A stretch of DNA of 64,000 bases from a virus, in the IMG/VR virus record IMGVR_UViG_3300031991_000033, one strand, 5' to 3'. Both the position numbers and the translations under genes were made by a program. The notes beneath the pieces were generated by a model. It saw only the letters and a list, made by a program, of their open reading frames with translations, was not told where the DNA came from and searched no databases. Below are positions 9,190 through 18,298 of the stretch, piece by piece (within the stretch, counting starts at the first letter, position 1; the number at the start of each line of letters is the position of its first letter).

Positions 9190-10014
9190 ATGGCGAAGAA
9201 CACCCAACTGATCGTTATCGATCCGCAGAATGATTTCTGCGATCCAAACAAAGGAGCACTTTATGTGAAAGGTGCTCATGATGACATGAACCGGCTCGCC
9301 GGTATGGTCACCCGTCTCGGTTCCAAGATTGACGACATCCACGTCACTTTGGACTCCCACCACAAAATCCACGTTGCTCATCCCATCTACTGGAAGGACA
9401 CGTCGGGCAATCACCCGAACCCCTTCACCATCATCACCGCCCAAGAAGTTCGTGACGGCGTGTGGACGCCTACTCGCCCGGCTTGGTTGCGTCACACTCG
9501 CAAGAGCTTTGGTGCTCTCGATTACGTGGAAGCTCTGGAAGCCAATGGCAAGTACCCGTTGTGTATTTGGCCACCGCACTGCTTGATTGGACATTGGGGT
9601 CACGGTGTCTTCCCGGTTCTGCTCGACGCTCTGGATAAGTGGGAAGAAGACGAATTCGCAGCGGTCAACTTTGTGACCAAGGGTTCGAACTACCACACTG
9701 AACACTACTCCGCTATCTGTGCGGACGTGCCAGACCCGACCGACCACACCACCGACATGAACAAGGGCTTCCTGCAAACCGTGATCGAAGCCGACGAGAT
9801 TCTTCTCGCTGGTGAAGCTGGTTCGCACTGCCTCGCATCGACCGGTCGTGACGCCGACGCCTTCTTCAGCGACGACTCCTTCGTCAAGAAGCTGGTTCTG
9901 CTGACCGACGCCACCAGCCCTGTCCCCGGATTTGAGGGTCTTCAGGACGCCTTTATCCGTGACATGACGGCGAAGGGTATGCGTGTCACCACAACCGTCG
10001 ATTACCTCGCCTAA
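9190..10014 (+). CDS. pncA: Nicotinamidase / isochorismatase-family cysteine hydrolase
   Basis: Catalytic Asp in VIDPQNDFC; metal ligands TLDSH and WPPHC; Lys in TKGS; nucleophile Cys in AGEAGSHCL; adjacent to NAD genes. Confidence 0.85.
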   Translation: MAKNTQLIVIDPQNDFCDPNKGALYVKGAHDDMNRLAGMVTRLGSKIDDIHVTLDSHHKIHVAHPIYWKDTSGNHPNPFTIITAQEVRDGVWTPTRPAWLRHTRKSFGALDYVEALEANGKYPLCIWPPHCLIGHWGHGVFPVLLDALDKWEEDEFAAVNFVTKGSNYHTEHYSAICADVPDPTDHTTDMNKGFLQTVIEADEILLAGEAGSHCLASTGRDADAFFSDDSFVKKLVLLTDATSPVPGFEGLQDAFIRDMTAKGMRVTTTVDYLA

Positions 10015-10073
10015 ACCGTAGTGGTGCAATTTTTGCACCCTGTTCCAACAACCACACCTTTGGGAGAAAAATC

Positions 10074-10829
10074 ATGCCCAAGTTCAATGATGATAATCTT
10101 GAACAGCACAATAACGCTGGAACCGGACACTACGGTTTCTCGGCTGTCAAGATTGAAGACCTCGAAGCCAGTGAATATACACTGGTGACAATCGTGCTCG
10201 ACGAATCCGGTTCCACGTTCGGTTTCAAAAACGAAATGGAAGCTTGCATCAAGGAGATCGTCAAGGCTTGCCGTCAGTCGGCACGTGCCGACTTCCTTCT
10301 GCTCCGTGTTGTGGCATTCGGCACTCGCATGTCGGAAATCCACGGCTTCCTACCGCTGGAACAATGCAATCCCGACAACTACAACGGTTGTTACGGAACC
10401 AACGGCAACGGTGCCAGCACCGCACTTTACGACTCGGCTGAAAACGCCATCAAGTCTTCGACCGTATACGCTGAACAGCTATCCGATCAAGACTTCGACG
10501 TGAACGGTATCGTCTTCATCCTGACGGATGGTGATGACAACGAATCTACGTCGGGCGAAAACGAAGTTCGTGAAGCACTGCAAGCGTGTATCACCAGTGA
10601 GAAGATGGAGTCGCTCGTCTCCGTGCTTGTCGGCGTCAACGTTCAGTCGCCGCATCTCGCTCAGTACCTCGACAACTTCTATCGCAACGCTGGTTTCAGC
10701 CAGTACGTGAAACTGGAAGATGCCGACGCCAACACGCTGGCGAAACTTGCGGACTTCGTGAGCCGAAGCATTTCCAGCCAGAGCCAAGCTCTGGGAACTG
10801 GCGGTCCTTCGCAGTCGCTCACCTTCTAA
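10074..10829 (+). CDS. von Willebrand factor A domain protein (TerY-like)
   Basis: MIDAS elements LDESGS, STALYD and ILTDGDDNES. Confidence 0.9.
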   Translation: MPKFNDDNLEQHNNAGTGHYGFSAVKIEDLEASEYTLVTIVLDESGSTFGFKNEMEACIKEIVKACRQSARADFLLLRVVAFGTRMSEIHGFLPLEQCNPDNYNGCYGTNGNGASTALYDSAENAIKSSTVYAEQLSDQDFDVNGIVFILTDGDDNESTSGENEVREALQACITSEKMESLVSVLVGVNVQSPHLAQYLDNFYRNAGFSQYVKLEDADANTLAKLADFVSRSISSQSQALGTGGPSQSLTF

Positions 10830-10852
10830 TCGGCACCTGTTCTCCTGCCGGG

Positions 10853-10890
10853 AAAGCTGGGTGGAATTTATTCCACCCAGCTTTTTTCTT
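10853..10890 (+). terminator. Intrinsic terminator closing the pncA-vWA unit
   Basis: AAAGCTGGGTGGAA-TTTA-TTCCACCCAGCTTT followed by a T-tract. Confidence 0.9.
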
Positions 10891-10924
10891 ATCACACTCT
10901 CTTATTGCAACAGGAGGACCAATT

Positions 10925-11146
10925 ATGGCTACCAGCTTTAGAAGTAATGGAGTGACTTTCATCTCCAACGAAGACCTTACAGGGGACGTGATGATTCGTC
11001 TGGGAACACCGGACAGCGAGAAACATGACATTCTTCGTGTACCAGCAGAGGCTATTATTGCCTTCGCAGCCGATGTGGTACGCAAGCGAAAAATGAAGAG
11101 GCTAGAGAATATGCCGCCTCTTCAAGTCTTGACCGAATCAGTTTGA
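10925..11146 (+). CDS. Small hypothetical protein
   Basis: AGGAGG RBS; 73 aa. Confidence 0.75.
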   Translation: MATSFRSNGVTFISNEDLTGDVMIRLGTPDSEKHDILRVPAEAIIAFAADVVRKRKMKRLENMPPLQVLTESV

Positions 11147-11167
11147 TTACCAAACTTGTAAAAATGG

Positions 11168-11224
11168 AAAGCCGGGAAATATCCCAGCTTTCTTCTTTGA
11201 CAGATCAATTTTTCTTCGTAAAAT
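11168..11224 (+). promoter_or_regulatory. Hairpin plus sigma70-like promoter cassette driving the pncB-nadE-PP2C-nadD-kinase run
   Basis: AAAGCCGGG..CCCAGCTTT hairpin, then TTGACA(11197)-N16-TAAAAT(11219); a near copy lies at 44280-44335. Confidence 0.75.
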
Positions 11225-11263
11225 CCCATCAGATCGAAGCTTTCTGTATCTTGGAGAACTGTC

Positions 11264-11613
11264 ATGGAACTCACGCCTGCTGAAAAAAAAAGTTGATCGC
11301 CGAACGCCGACAACAAGCTCAAGAAAAGGTGGACAAAGCTCTTGAAAAGGCAAACGAGTTGGAACAATGTTTGTCTTTTCAAGTTCGACAACTTTCCGAA
11401 TACACTGACGCCGAGAAGATTGCGGCTTTTGATAAGCTGTACAAGTTTGCTTCAGGTGTCTATCAAGCACGCCGAAACGAAGAACGGACCAAAGATTCTA
11501 ACCACTACGCTTACGAAGCGGTCATGGAGCTTCTAACGCCCAAAGGCGAAAGAAATCGTGTCTTTTGGGACCATTGGAATGAACTAGGAAACTTACTTCA
11601 GTGCTGGGAATAG
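11264..11613 (+). CDS. Hypothetical protein with a -1 frameshift in an A9 run (11283-11291)
   Basis: GGAG RBS and ATG 11264 give MELTPAEKK; the body LIAERRQQAQEKVD... is in the -1 frame. Confidence 0.65.
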
Positions 11614-11624
11614 AGGAGAACACA

Positions 11625-12800
11625 ATGCCCATTCAATCTGCCTTAGATAACGACCTATACAAGTTCACGATGCAGAACGCTGTACTCAAAAACTTCGCTG
11701 GCGAAGATGTCGAGTACAGGTTCAAAGATCGTCGTCCTTCGGGTCTCTACAACGAAGCATTCCTTGCAGGGTTCAACCAAGAGTTGGATCGAATGTCCAA
11801 GATGCGGTTCAGCAACGAAGAACTCGCTTATGTCCAAAGCGATCTGCCCTTCCTCAACCGACCCGACTACATTGCCTATCTGCATGACTTTCGATTTGAT
11901 CCCAATCAAGTCAAGGCGTCGATTGATGCTGATGGCAACCTTGATATGGGCATCAAAGGCACGTGGGATTCCACGATCCTCTGGGAAGTTCCTCTGCTTG
12001 CAATCGTGAGCGAACAATACTTTTTGCATTGTGACAAGCATTGGACGATGGACGGGCAGTATGAACTTGCTGCCCAGAAGTCTGATCGTCTCACCGCTGC
12101 CGGATGTACTTACGCCGACTTTGCCACACGTCGCCGCCGTAACAGTGCTACGCAGGAGATTTTCATCAAACAAGCGAAGGGCAAAGCCGGGTTCGTCGGA
12201 ACCTCGAATGTTCACTTTGCTCGCCTGTTCAAACTCAAAGCCATTGGAACGATGGCTCATGAATGGATCATGGGTGTCAGCGGCAAAGATGGTTTGCGTC
12301 GTGCAAATCGTGACGCACTCTGGCGTTGGGCAAACACTTACGATGGCAATCTGGGTATTGCTCTCACCGACACCTATGGAACCGCCGCCTTCTTCGAAGA
12401 TTTCGACGGTAAGTTGGCTCGTCTGTACGACGGTGTTCGTCATGACAGTGGAAATCCGTATGATTTCGGTGACAAAGTGATCGAGCATTACAAGAAGCTC
12501 GGAATCAAACCGAACACTCGGACCATTGTTTTCAGCGACGGGTTGGATGTTGACACAGCGATCAAAATCAAGAACTACTTCGCTGGTCGCATCAATGTCA
12601 GCTTTGGTATCGGAACGCACTTCTCGAATGACTTTCCGGCGTGTAAGGGCAGCAAAGCCCTAAGCATTGTCATCAAGTTGTGGAGCATTGCTGGCATTCC
12701 CGTTGTCAAGATCAGTGATGAACCAGCAAAAATTCAAGGCGATGCCGACGCATGTCGGGTAGCCAAGTGGACCTTCTTTGGAACTCCACTAGACGCCTAA
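11625..12800 (+). CDS. pncB: Nicotinate phosphoribosyltransferase
   Basis: DNDLYKFTM, DFATRRR, GTSNV, TMAHEW (phospho-His), LTDTYG, RHDSGNP, VFSDGL, FGIGT, IVIKL and KISDEPAK match the E. coli-type PncB pattern; GAGGAG RBS. Confidence 0.93.
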   Translation: MPIQSALDNDLYKFTMQNAVLKNFAGEDVEYRFKDRRPSGLYNEAFLAGFNQELDRMSKMRFSNEELAYVQSDLPFLNRPDYIAYLHDFRFDPNQVKASIDADGNLDMGIKGTWDSTILWEVPLLAIVSEQYFLHCDKHWTMDGQYELAAQKSDRLTAAGCTYADFATRRRRNSATQEIFIKQAKGKAGFVGTSNVHFARLFKLKAIGTMAHEWIMGVSGKDGLRRANRDALWRWANTYDGNLGIALTDTYGTAAFFEDFDGKLARLYDGVRHDSGNPYDFGDKVIEHYKKLGIKPNTRTIVFSDGLDVDTAIKIKNYFAGRINVSFGIGTHFSNDFPACKGSKALSIVIKLWSIAGIPVVKISDEPAKIQGDADACRVAKWTFFGTPLDA

Positions 12801-12812
12801 CAGGAGAATACC

Positions 12813-14993
12813 ATGAAAGAATACGGTTACTGCCGAGTGACAGCCGTCACTCCAAAAGTTGCAATCGGCAATGTTTCAGCGAATCTCGAAGAACACATTC
12901 GTGCCATCAACGAAGATAACTTCGGACTTACTGACGACGTTGAAGACTATGGTGTAGAAAGCGATGTTATCGTTTTCCCTGAACTCAGTCTTACCGGCTA
13001 TACTTGTGAAGATTTGTTCTTCCAGCGGTCTTTACAAGAACAAGCGTTGGATGCTTTGCGGCGTCTTGCAACTTTGAGTGAAAACTGGCGTTCGACTGTT
13101 ATCGTCGGACTTCCTGTCTTCATGCAAGAAGATGCCACGCTTCGTAACTGTGCGGCTGTGATCGGTAGTGGTCGTGTTCTTGGTATCGTCCCCAAAACGT
13201 TTCTGCCGAACTACCGTGAGTTCTACGAAGCACGTTGGTTCGCCCCAGCAAAGCCAACCGATCCACAGATGGTCAACATTGGCATTCCTGAACGAGTTCC
13301 GTTTGGTGCCGACTTGTTGTTTTCGCCCAAACGCTACGGTAACACAGCATGGACGTTTGGTGTTGAAATCTGCGAAGATGTTTGGTCACCGATTCCACCA
13401 AGCTCTTTTCAAGCACTTGCTGGTGCAACAGTGTTGTTCAATCTTTCGGCGAGCAACGAAACGATTGGCAAATCTGAATACCGTCGCAATTTTGTCAAAG
13501 GTCAAAGCGGTAAGCTGGTATCTGCATACATCTATTGCAGTGCGGGACCAACCGAATCGACCAAAGACCTTGTGTTTGGTGGGCACAACATTATCGGCGA
13601 AGGTGGCAGCATCGTTGCCGAAAGTGAAAAATTCGTGCGGCACACCCACACTTTGACTGCCGACATTGATGTTGACCGCCTATTGAGCGAACGTGCTTCG
13701 ATGCCGGGAACTTTTGCCGAATGTGCTACAAGAAACATGAAGCCGTTTCGGTTTGTTGAGTATCAGACCAATCCGTTGGTCGAGAAAAACCAAGAGTTGT
13801 ATCGACATGTTGAGGCTCACCCCTTTGTGCCAAAGAACCACACCGAATTGAAGGCTCGTTGTGCTGAAATCTTTGGCATCCAGACTGCCGGGCTTGCTAA
13901 ACGATTGGAGCGTGTATCGAAAGACACATACATTGGTGTGTCGGGCGGTCTTGATTCGACTTTAGCTTTGCTTGTCGCCTGTAAGACCTACGATATGCTC
14001 GGTATCGACCGCAAGCATTTGCACGGTATTACGATGCCCGGATTTGGTACGACCAACCGCACCAAGACCAACGCACGGATGTTGATGGATAATCTGGAAA
14101 TTAGCCAGAAGACCATCGACATTCGTGAGATGTGCATCCAAACTTGGCGTGATATGAAACACATTCCGTTCGGCGATGCGGAATGCGTTGTTGGTGGTAG
14201 AACAATGTTGTTTTCGGAGTGTCTACATCAACACACAGTTGTTGAAGGCTACGAAGAACGAAGAAGCATCCTTCCAGAAGAGTTGACTGTCAAACTCTTG
14301 GAAGAGTGTTTGAAATTCTTGCCGGATGGTGCTCAGGATTTGATCTTTGAGAACGTGCAAGCACGTGTACGCACTTTGATTCTCATGAGCCACGGTTTCG
14401 TGTTGGGAACCGGTGATTTGAGCGAGTTGGCTTTAGGTTGGTGTACGTACAACGGCGACCACATGTCGATGTACAACGTCAATTGCAGCATCCCAAAAAC
14501 GCTGGTCAAGTTCTTGGTTGAATACATTGCAGAACACGAAGTCGATAAGACTTGGGTGAACCGCAATGAAACATACCATTGTTTACTTGACATCGTGAAG
14601 ACTCCAATCTCGCCTGAGTTATTGCCAACCAAAGAAGGTGCAATTGCACAGGTCACCGAAGATAATGTGGGACCATACGAGTTGGTTGACTTCTTCTTGT
14701 ACAACTTTATGCGGTGTGGATTTGCACCGGGTAAGATCATGTTCTTGTCGCAGTTCGCAAACTTTGACAAGGACTACGAGTTGAACGAGATCGGCAAGTG
14801 GTTGAAGTTGTTCTACACAAGGTTCTTCACACAGCAGTTCAAACGAGACTGTGTGCCAGACGGACCAAAAGTTGGATCGGTAAGCCTCTCGCCTCGTGGA
14901 GATTGGCGTATGCCACCAGACGCCGACCGTGACGCTTGGTTGCATGAAGTTGATACATGGCTTGAAATTTACGGAGAATTGGAAGATGATTAA
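12813..14993 (+). CDS. nadE: Glutamine-dependent NAD+ synthetase (nitrilase-like glutaminase domain plus synthetase domain)
   Basis: VFPELSLTGY, PKTFLPNYREFYEARWF and EICEDVW (E-K-C triad); GVSGGLDSTLAL; ENVQAR; GTGDLSELALGWCTYNGDH; PKTL; PISPEL; KRDCVPDGPKVG...LSPRGDWRMP. Confidence 0.96.
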   Translation: MKEYGYCRVTAVTPKVAIGNVSANLEEHIRAINEDNFGLTDDVEDYGVESDVIVFPELSLTGYTCEDLFFQRSLQEQALDALRRLATLSENWRSTVIVGLPVFMQEDATLRNCAAVIGSGRVLGIVPKTFLPNYREFYEARWFAPAKPTDPQMVNIGIPERVPFGADLLFSPKRYGNTAWTFGVEICEDVWSPIPPSSFQALAGATVLFNLSASNETIGKSEYRRNFVKGQSGKLVSAYIYCSAGPTESTKDLVFGGHNIIGEGGSIVAESEKFVRHTHTLTADIDVDRLLSERASMPGTFAECATRNMKPFRFVEYQTNPLVEKNQELYRHVEAHPFVPKNHTELKARCAEIFGIQTAGLAKRLERVSKDTYIGVSGGLDSTLALLVACKTYDMLGIDRKHLHGITMPGFGTTNRTKTNARMLMDNLEISQKTIDIREMCIQTWRDMKHIPFGDAECVVGGRTMLFSECLHQHTVVEGYEERRSILPEELTVKLLEECLKFLPDGAQDLIFENVQARVRTLILMSHGFVLGTGDLSELALGWCTYNGDHMSMYNVNCSIPKTLVKFLVEYIAEHEVDKTWVNRNETYHCLLDIVKTPISPELLPTKEGAIAQVTEDNVGPYELVDFFLYNFMRCGFAPGKIMFLSQFANFDKDYELNEIGKWLKLFYTRFFTQQFKRDCVPDGPKVGSVSLSPRGDWRMPPDADRDAWLHEVDTWLEIYGELEDD

Positions 14994-15180
14994 CCTTCCA
15001 ACAACCGCTGACCTTGAGTGTGATGAATGCAACGAAATTATCGAAGTTGACCTCACACTCTTTGCTGGCGATCCAGAAACCGTTGGTTTTGACCATCACG
15101 AAATGCCGGAAGGTTGGGCATTTCGTGATGGCGAACACCTTTGCCCCAACTGCAATAAGGATGAAGACCATGAAGTTTAA
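14986..15180 (+). CDS. Small acidic Zn-ribbon protein
   Basis: CDEC...HLCPNC; overlaps the nadE stop and the PP2C start (translational coupling). Confidence 0.7.
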   Translation: MINLPTTADLECDECNEIIEVDLTLFAGDPETVGFDHHEMPEGWAFRDGEHLCPNCNKDEDHEV

Positions 15181-16006
15181 CGCCGATCATTTTTACTGCA
15201 TTGGGACATCGCATCACTTCTGCGAAGATTTCGCAAACTCTGCGGTTTCCGAACAACAGGATAAGGCGTACAGCATCGTGTCTGACGGATGCTCGTCTGC
15301 CAAAGAATCGAGCATTGGTGCAATGCTTCTGACGAAAAGTGCAGAACAACATTTGTATCCGGTTCGACCAAAAGATCGTGCAGACGAAATGGTAAACCTT
15401 GCTATGCAGGGTGCGAATGTTTTTCGTCGAACGCTCGGTATGAGCGTGGAAGCCTTGCGTGCCACGCTCCTAACTGTTTCCGTTGTCGATGGTGCTTTCC
15501 GAGTTACCACGAACGGCGACGGTGTTGTGGTGGCACGCCATCGCAAAAATGGATTGGAGTACATGGAACTTGAGTTCTCTTCTGGTGCTCCATTCTATCC
15601 GATTTACGATTTGACACACGCTGACCGGGAAAGGTATCTCTCAGAATTCCCCGGCAATTATACGATCCGCCTGCACAGCAATGGGAATGTCGAAGAGGTT
15701 GTTGTGCAGGTGGATCGAGCAAATGGAGCGATCACCTACGCCTACGATTATCCAATTGATCAATACGATCTGGTTGGCGTCATGTCTGATGGAGCACAGA
15801 CCTTTTACAAAGAGAACATGACAGGTACAACCAAAACACCTATCATGGTGCCGGTTGAAGAGGTTGTGAACGAGATGTTCTCGTTCAAAAATCTGCAACC
15901 TAACTTTGTAAAAAGGCGTACCCAGAAGGCGTTCAAAGCCTTTGAAAAATTGGGATACAAACACTTCGATGACTTTAGTATTGGAGTAGTGTGTAGCCAT
16001 GACTAA
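15170..16006 (+). CDS. PP2C-like protein phosphatase (TerY-P triad type)
   Basis: IGTSHHFCEDF, IVSDGCSS, NGDGVV, VMSDG and C-terminal FDDFSI give the PPM metal-binding Asp pattern. Confidence 0.85.
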   Translation: MKFNADHFYCIGTSHHFCEDFANSAVSEQQDKAYSIVSDGCSSAKESSIGAMLLTKSAEQHLYPVRPKDRADEMVNLAMQGANVFRRTLGMSVEALRATLLTVSVVDGAFRVTTNGDGVVVARHRKNGLEYMELEFSSGAPFYPIYDLTHADRERYLSEFPGNYTIRLHSNGNVEEVVVQVDRANGAITYAYDYPIDQYDLVGVMSDGAQTFYKENMTGTTKTPIMVPVEEVVNEMFSFKNLQPNFVKRRTQKAFKAFEKLGYKHFDDFSIGVVCSHD

Positions 16007-16592
16007 ACGACGAATCAACGTGTATGGCAGTGCGTGTAATCCAACACATAACGTGCATCAACTAATCTTGGAAGACCTGTGCCAGATTGGGTTTGATGAA
16101 GTTTGGTTCATGCCCTGTTCTGCCCACGTGTTCGGCAAAGATATGATCGCACCGATTCACCGTCTCAAGATGGCAGAGATTGCTGCCATTGCCGCTGGTG
16201 CTTATGTCTGTGACTACCAAATCAATCTAGGGCGTAAAATCCCCACTTGGGATACATTGCAAGCCTTCCATGCAAGCCAGCCAGATGTGGAGTTTTCTTT
16301 CACGATTGGCGGCGACAACTTAGCCGATTTTGATAAATGGCATCGTTGGGAAGAGCTTGCAGACAAGTATCACGTTGTTGCTTATCGCAGAAATGAAACA
16401 GTTTCAGATTCGATTCTGAGTCGCTTCCGTAATTTGACAATCCGTGAACTTGAACTCAACCCAATTTACGACGGTTTGTCGTCAACGAAAATTCGGGCAT
16501 TGTTGGCGAACAATGACCCCGAAGTGGACCAATACCTGCACCCAGCGGTCTCGCAGTACATTCGAGAGAACAGCCTGTATCGAGGAGAATAG
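15999..16592 (+). CDS. nadD: Nicotinate-nucleotide adenylyltransferase
   Basis: YGSACNPTHNVH (variant of GGSF(D/N)PxHxGH), VWFMP, HRLKM, TWDTL, IGGDNLADFDKWHRWEEL and LSSTKIR. Confidence 0.9.
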   Translation: MTKRRINVYGSACNPTHNVHQLILEDLCQIGFDEVWFMPCSAHVFGKDMIAPIHRLKMAEIAAIAAGAYVCDYQINLGRKIPTWDTLQAFHASQPDVEFSFTIGGDNLADFDKWHRWEELADKYHVVAYRRNETVSDSILSRFRNLTIRELELNPIYDGLSSTKIRALLANNDPEVDQYLHPAVSQYIRENSLYRGE

Positions 16593-16594
16593 TT

Positions 16595-18298
16595 ATGAAA
16601 TACAGCATTCGTGGCACCGGCAATGAAGTTACCCTCACGAATCAGCACTTTCTCGCCAAAGGCGGCGAGGGTTCGATTTTCGCCCGCCCACCGCTGGTTT
16701 ACAAAGTTTGTGAACCGGGCAAGATGATGCCGGATGGCAAAGTACAGGAGCTTGGCGTTCTCGATTCGCCTCGTGTCATTCGACCCAAAGATGTTCTCTT
16801 GGATTCCAAGAAGAAACCGGTTGGATACACGATGGACTATGTGGCAGACACCACCGTTCTCTGCCAACTATTCACCAAGGCGTTTCGTAAGCGAAACGGC
16901 ATCACGCACGATATGATTTGGGAACTTGTGCGTGATATGGAAAAAACAACTCGATTCATCCACAGCAAGGGCGTCTTGGTTGTGGATTACAATGAGTTGA
17001 ATTTTTTGGTGGACAAGAACTTCAAAGAAGTTTACTTCATTGACGTGAACAGCTATCAAACTCCGAGCTATCCCGCTACGGCGATCATGGAAAGCATTCG
17101 AGATCGCCACTGTGGAAATAAGTTCAGTGAACTTACGGATTGGTTCTCTTTTGGGATTGTTTCTTTCCAATTGATGATTGGAATTCACCCATTTAAGGGT
17201 AAGCACCCCAATTTCCTTGATCCGAAAACTTCGATGGATGAACGGATGAAGGCAAACATCTCTGTATTGAATCCTGCCGTGTCTTACCCACAAGGGGCAA
17301 CACAGCCCTTCAGCGTGATTCCTGATGCGTACATGCAGTGGTATAAAGCGATCTTTGATGGTGGCAAACGATTGCCTCCTCCGGGTGTTGGCAGCGGCGT
17401 TATCATCATTGCAACGCCGGTTGTTCAATCGGTGGGTGGTAGCAACTTGTTCACGGTCAACGAACTCTACAACTTTGGTGAAGAAATCATCAGCATCTTC
17501 ATGCATGTTGGGAAAGAGATCGTTGTTACCGACAAGTCTGTCTACGTGGACCGACACAAGATTCCTAACACAACGGCTGATCCAACGATGAAGATCGGAT
17601 TTACACCAACAACGTTGCAGCCAGTTGTGGCGTCAGCCGACATGCGTCAACTGAAGCTCAAGAATCTGACGACCGGTCAGGATTTGAAGTGTTCGTTGTA
17701 CGCTGACGACATCATGTCGCACGATGGTCGTTTGTACGTTCGCAATGGTTCACAAATTTTGGAAATCGAATTCACCGAGATCGGCAAGAATGTGCTCGTC
17801 TCTCCAAAGCATGTTGGCAACGTTTTGGAGCAAGCTGCCAAGGTGTATGATGGTGTGATCGTCGAGAACTTGTTTGATGCGATGTATTTCTCGATGTTCC
17901 CAGAGAGCGGAATCTGCCGTCAGATCGCCATCCGTGAATTGGATGGTTACAAGATCATCGACGCCAAGTATGAAGGCGGATTGTTGGTTGTGATCGGAGT
18001 CAACAACAAGACGGGTGAGTACGACCGATTTACTTTCTGGTTCGATAGCAAGTGGAAGTATCAATCGGTAGTCGTGAAAGACATCACGTACACCGGCTTG
18101 AACTTCACGGTGCTAGATAATGGCGTCGTCATCTTGATCAACGAAGAAGAAAAGGTGGAAATCTTCCGAGTCGCTGATCCAACCAAGAAAAAAGTTGTAG
18201 ACGACGACGCTATTGCGGCTGACATGAAGTTGACGAGTTCTGGTGCTAAAACTATGTTCACAAAAGGACAAAGTTTGTACAGCTTCAAGATGAACTAA
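16595..18298 (+). CDS. Ser/Thr protein kinase-like protein with a long C-terminal domain (TerY-P triad type)
   Basis: Gly loop LAKGGEGSIF, VYKV, catalytic loop HSKGVLVVDYNELNFLV, FIDVNS, TDWFSFGIV and GIHPFKG. Confidence 0.85.
   Translation: MKYSIRGTGNEVTLTNQHFLAKGGEGSIFARPPLVYKVCEPGKMMPDGKVQELGVLDSPRVIRPKDVLLDSKKKPVGYTMDYVADTTVLCQLFTKAFRKRNGITHDMIWELVRDMEKTTRFIHSKGVLVVDYNELNFLVDKNFKEVYFIDVNSYQTPSYPATAIMESIRDRHCGNKFSELTDWFSFGIVSFQLMIGIHPFKGKHPNFLDPKTSMDERMKANISVLNPAVSYPQGATQPFSVIPDAYMQWYKAIFDGGKRLPPPGVGSGVIIIATPVVQSVGGSNLFTVNELYNFGEEIISIFMHVGKEIVVTDKSVYVDRHKIPNTTADPTMKIGFTPTTLQPVVASADMRQLKLKNLTTGQDLKCSLYADDIMSHDGRLYVRNGSQILEIEFTEIGKNVLVSPKHVGNVLEQAAKVYDGVIVENLFDAMYFSMFPESGICRQIAIRELDGYKIIDAKYEGGLLVVIGVNNKTGEYDRFTFWFDSKWKYQSVVVKDITYTGLNFTVLDNGVVILINEEEKVEIFRVADPTKKKVVDDDAIAADMKLTSSGAKTMFTKGQSLYSFKMN

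Noticed and set aside
8704-10038. 444-aa minus-strand ORF, and similar long antisense ORFs (11655..12620, 23839..24618, 38042..38899, 16868..17557)
   Set aside because: They lie exactly opposite well-supported genes, have no RBS or motifs, and are the expected shadow of biased codon usage.
11625-16592. Known NARP2 (Nampt + Nmnat) or NARP1 (Adps + Namat)
   Set aside because: The PRTase motifs match PncB rather than Nampt, and PncA and NadE are present, which an amidated route would not need. No PRPP-synthetase-like Adps was seen.
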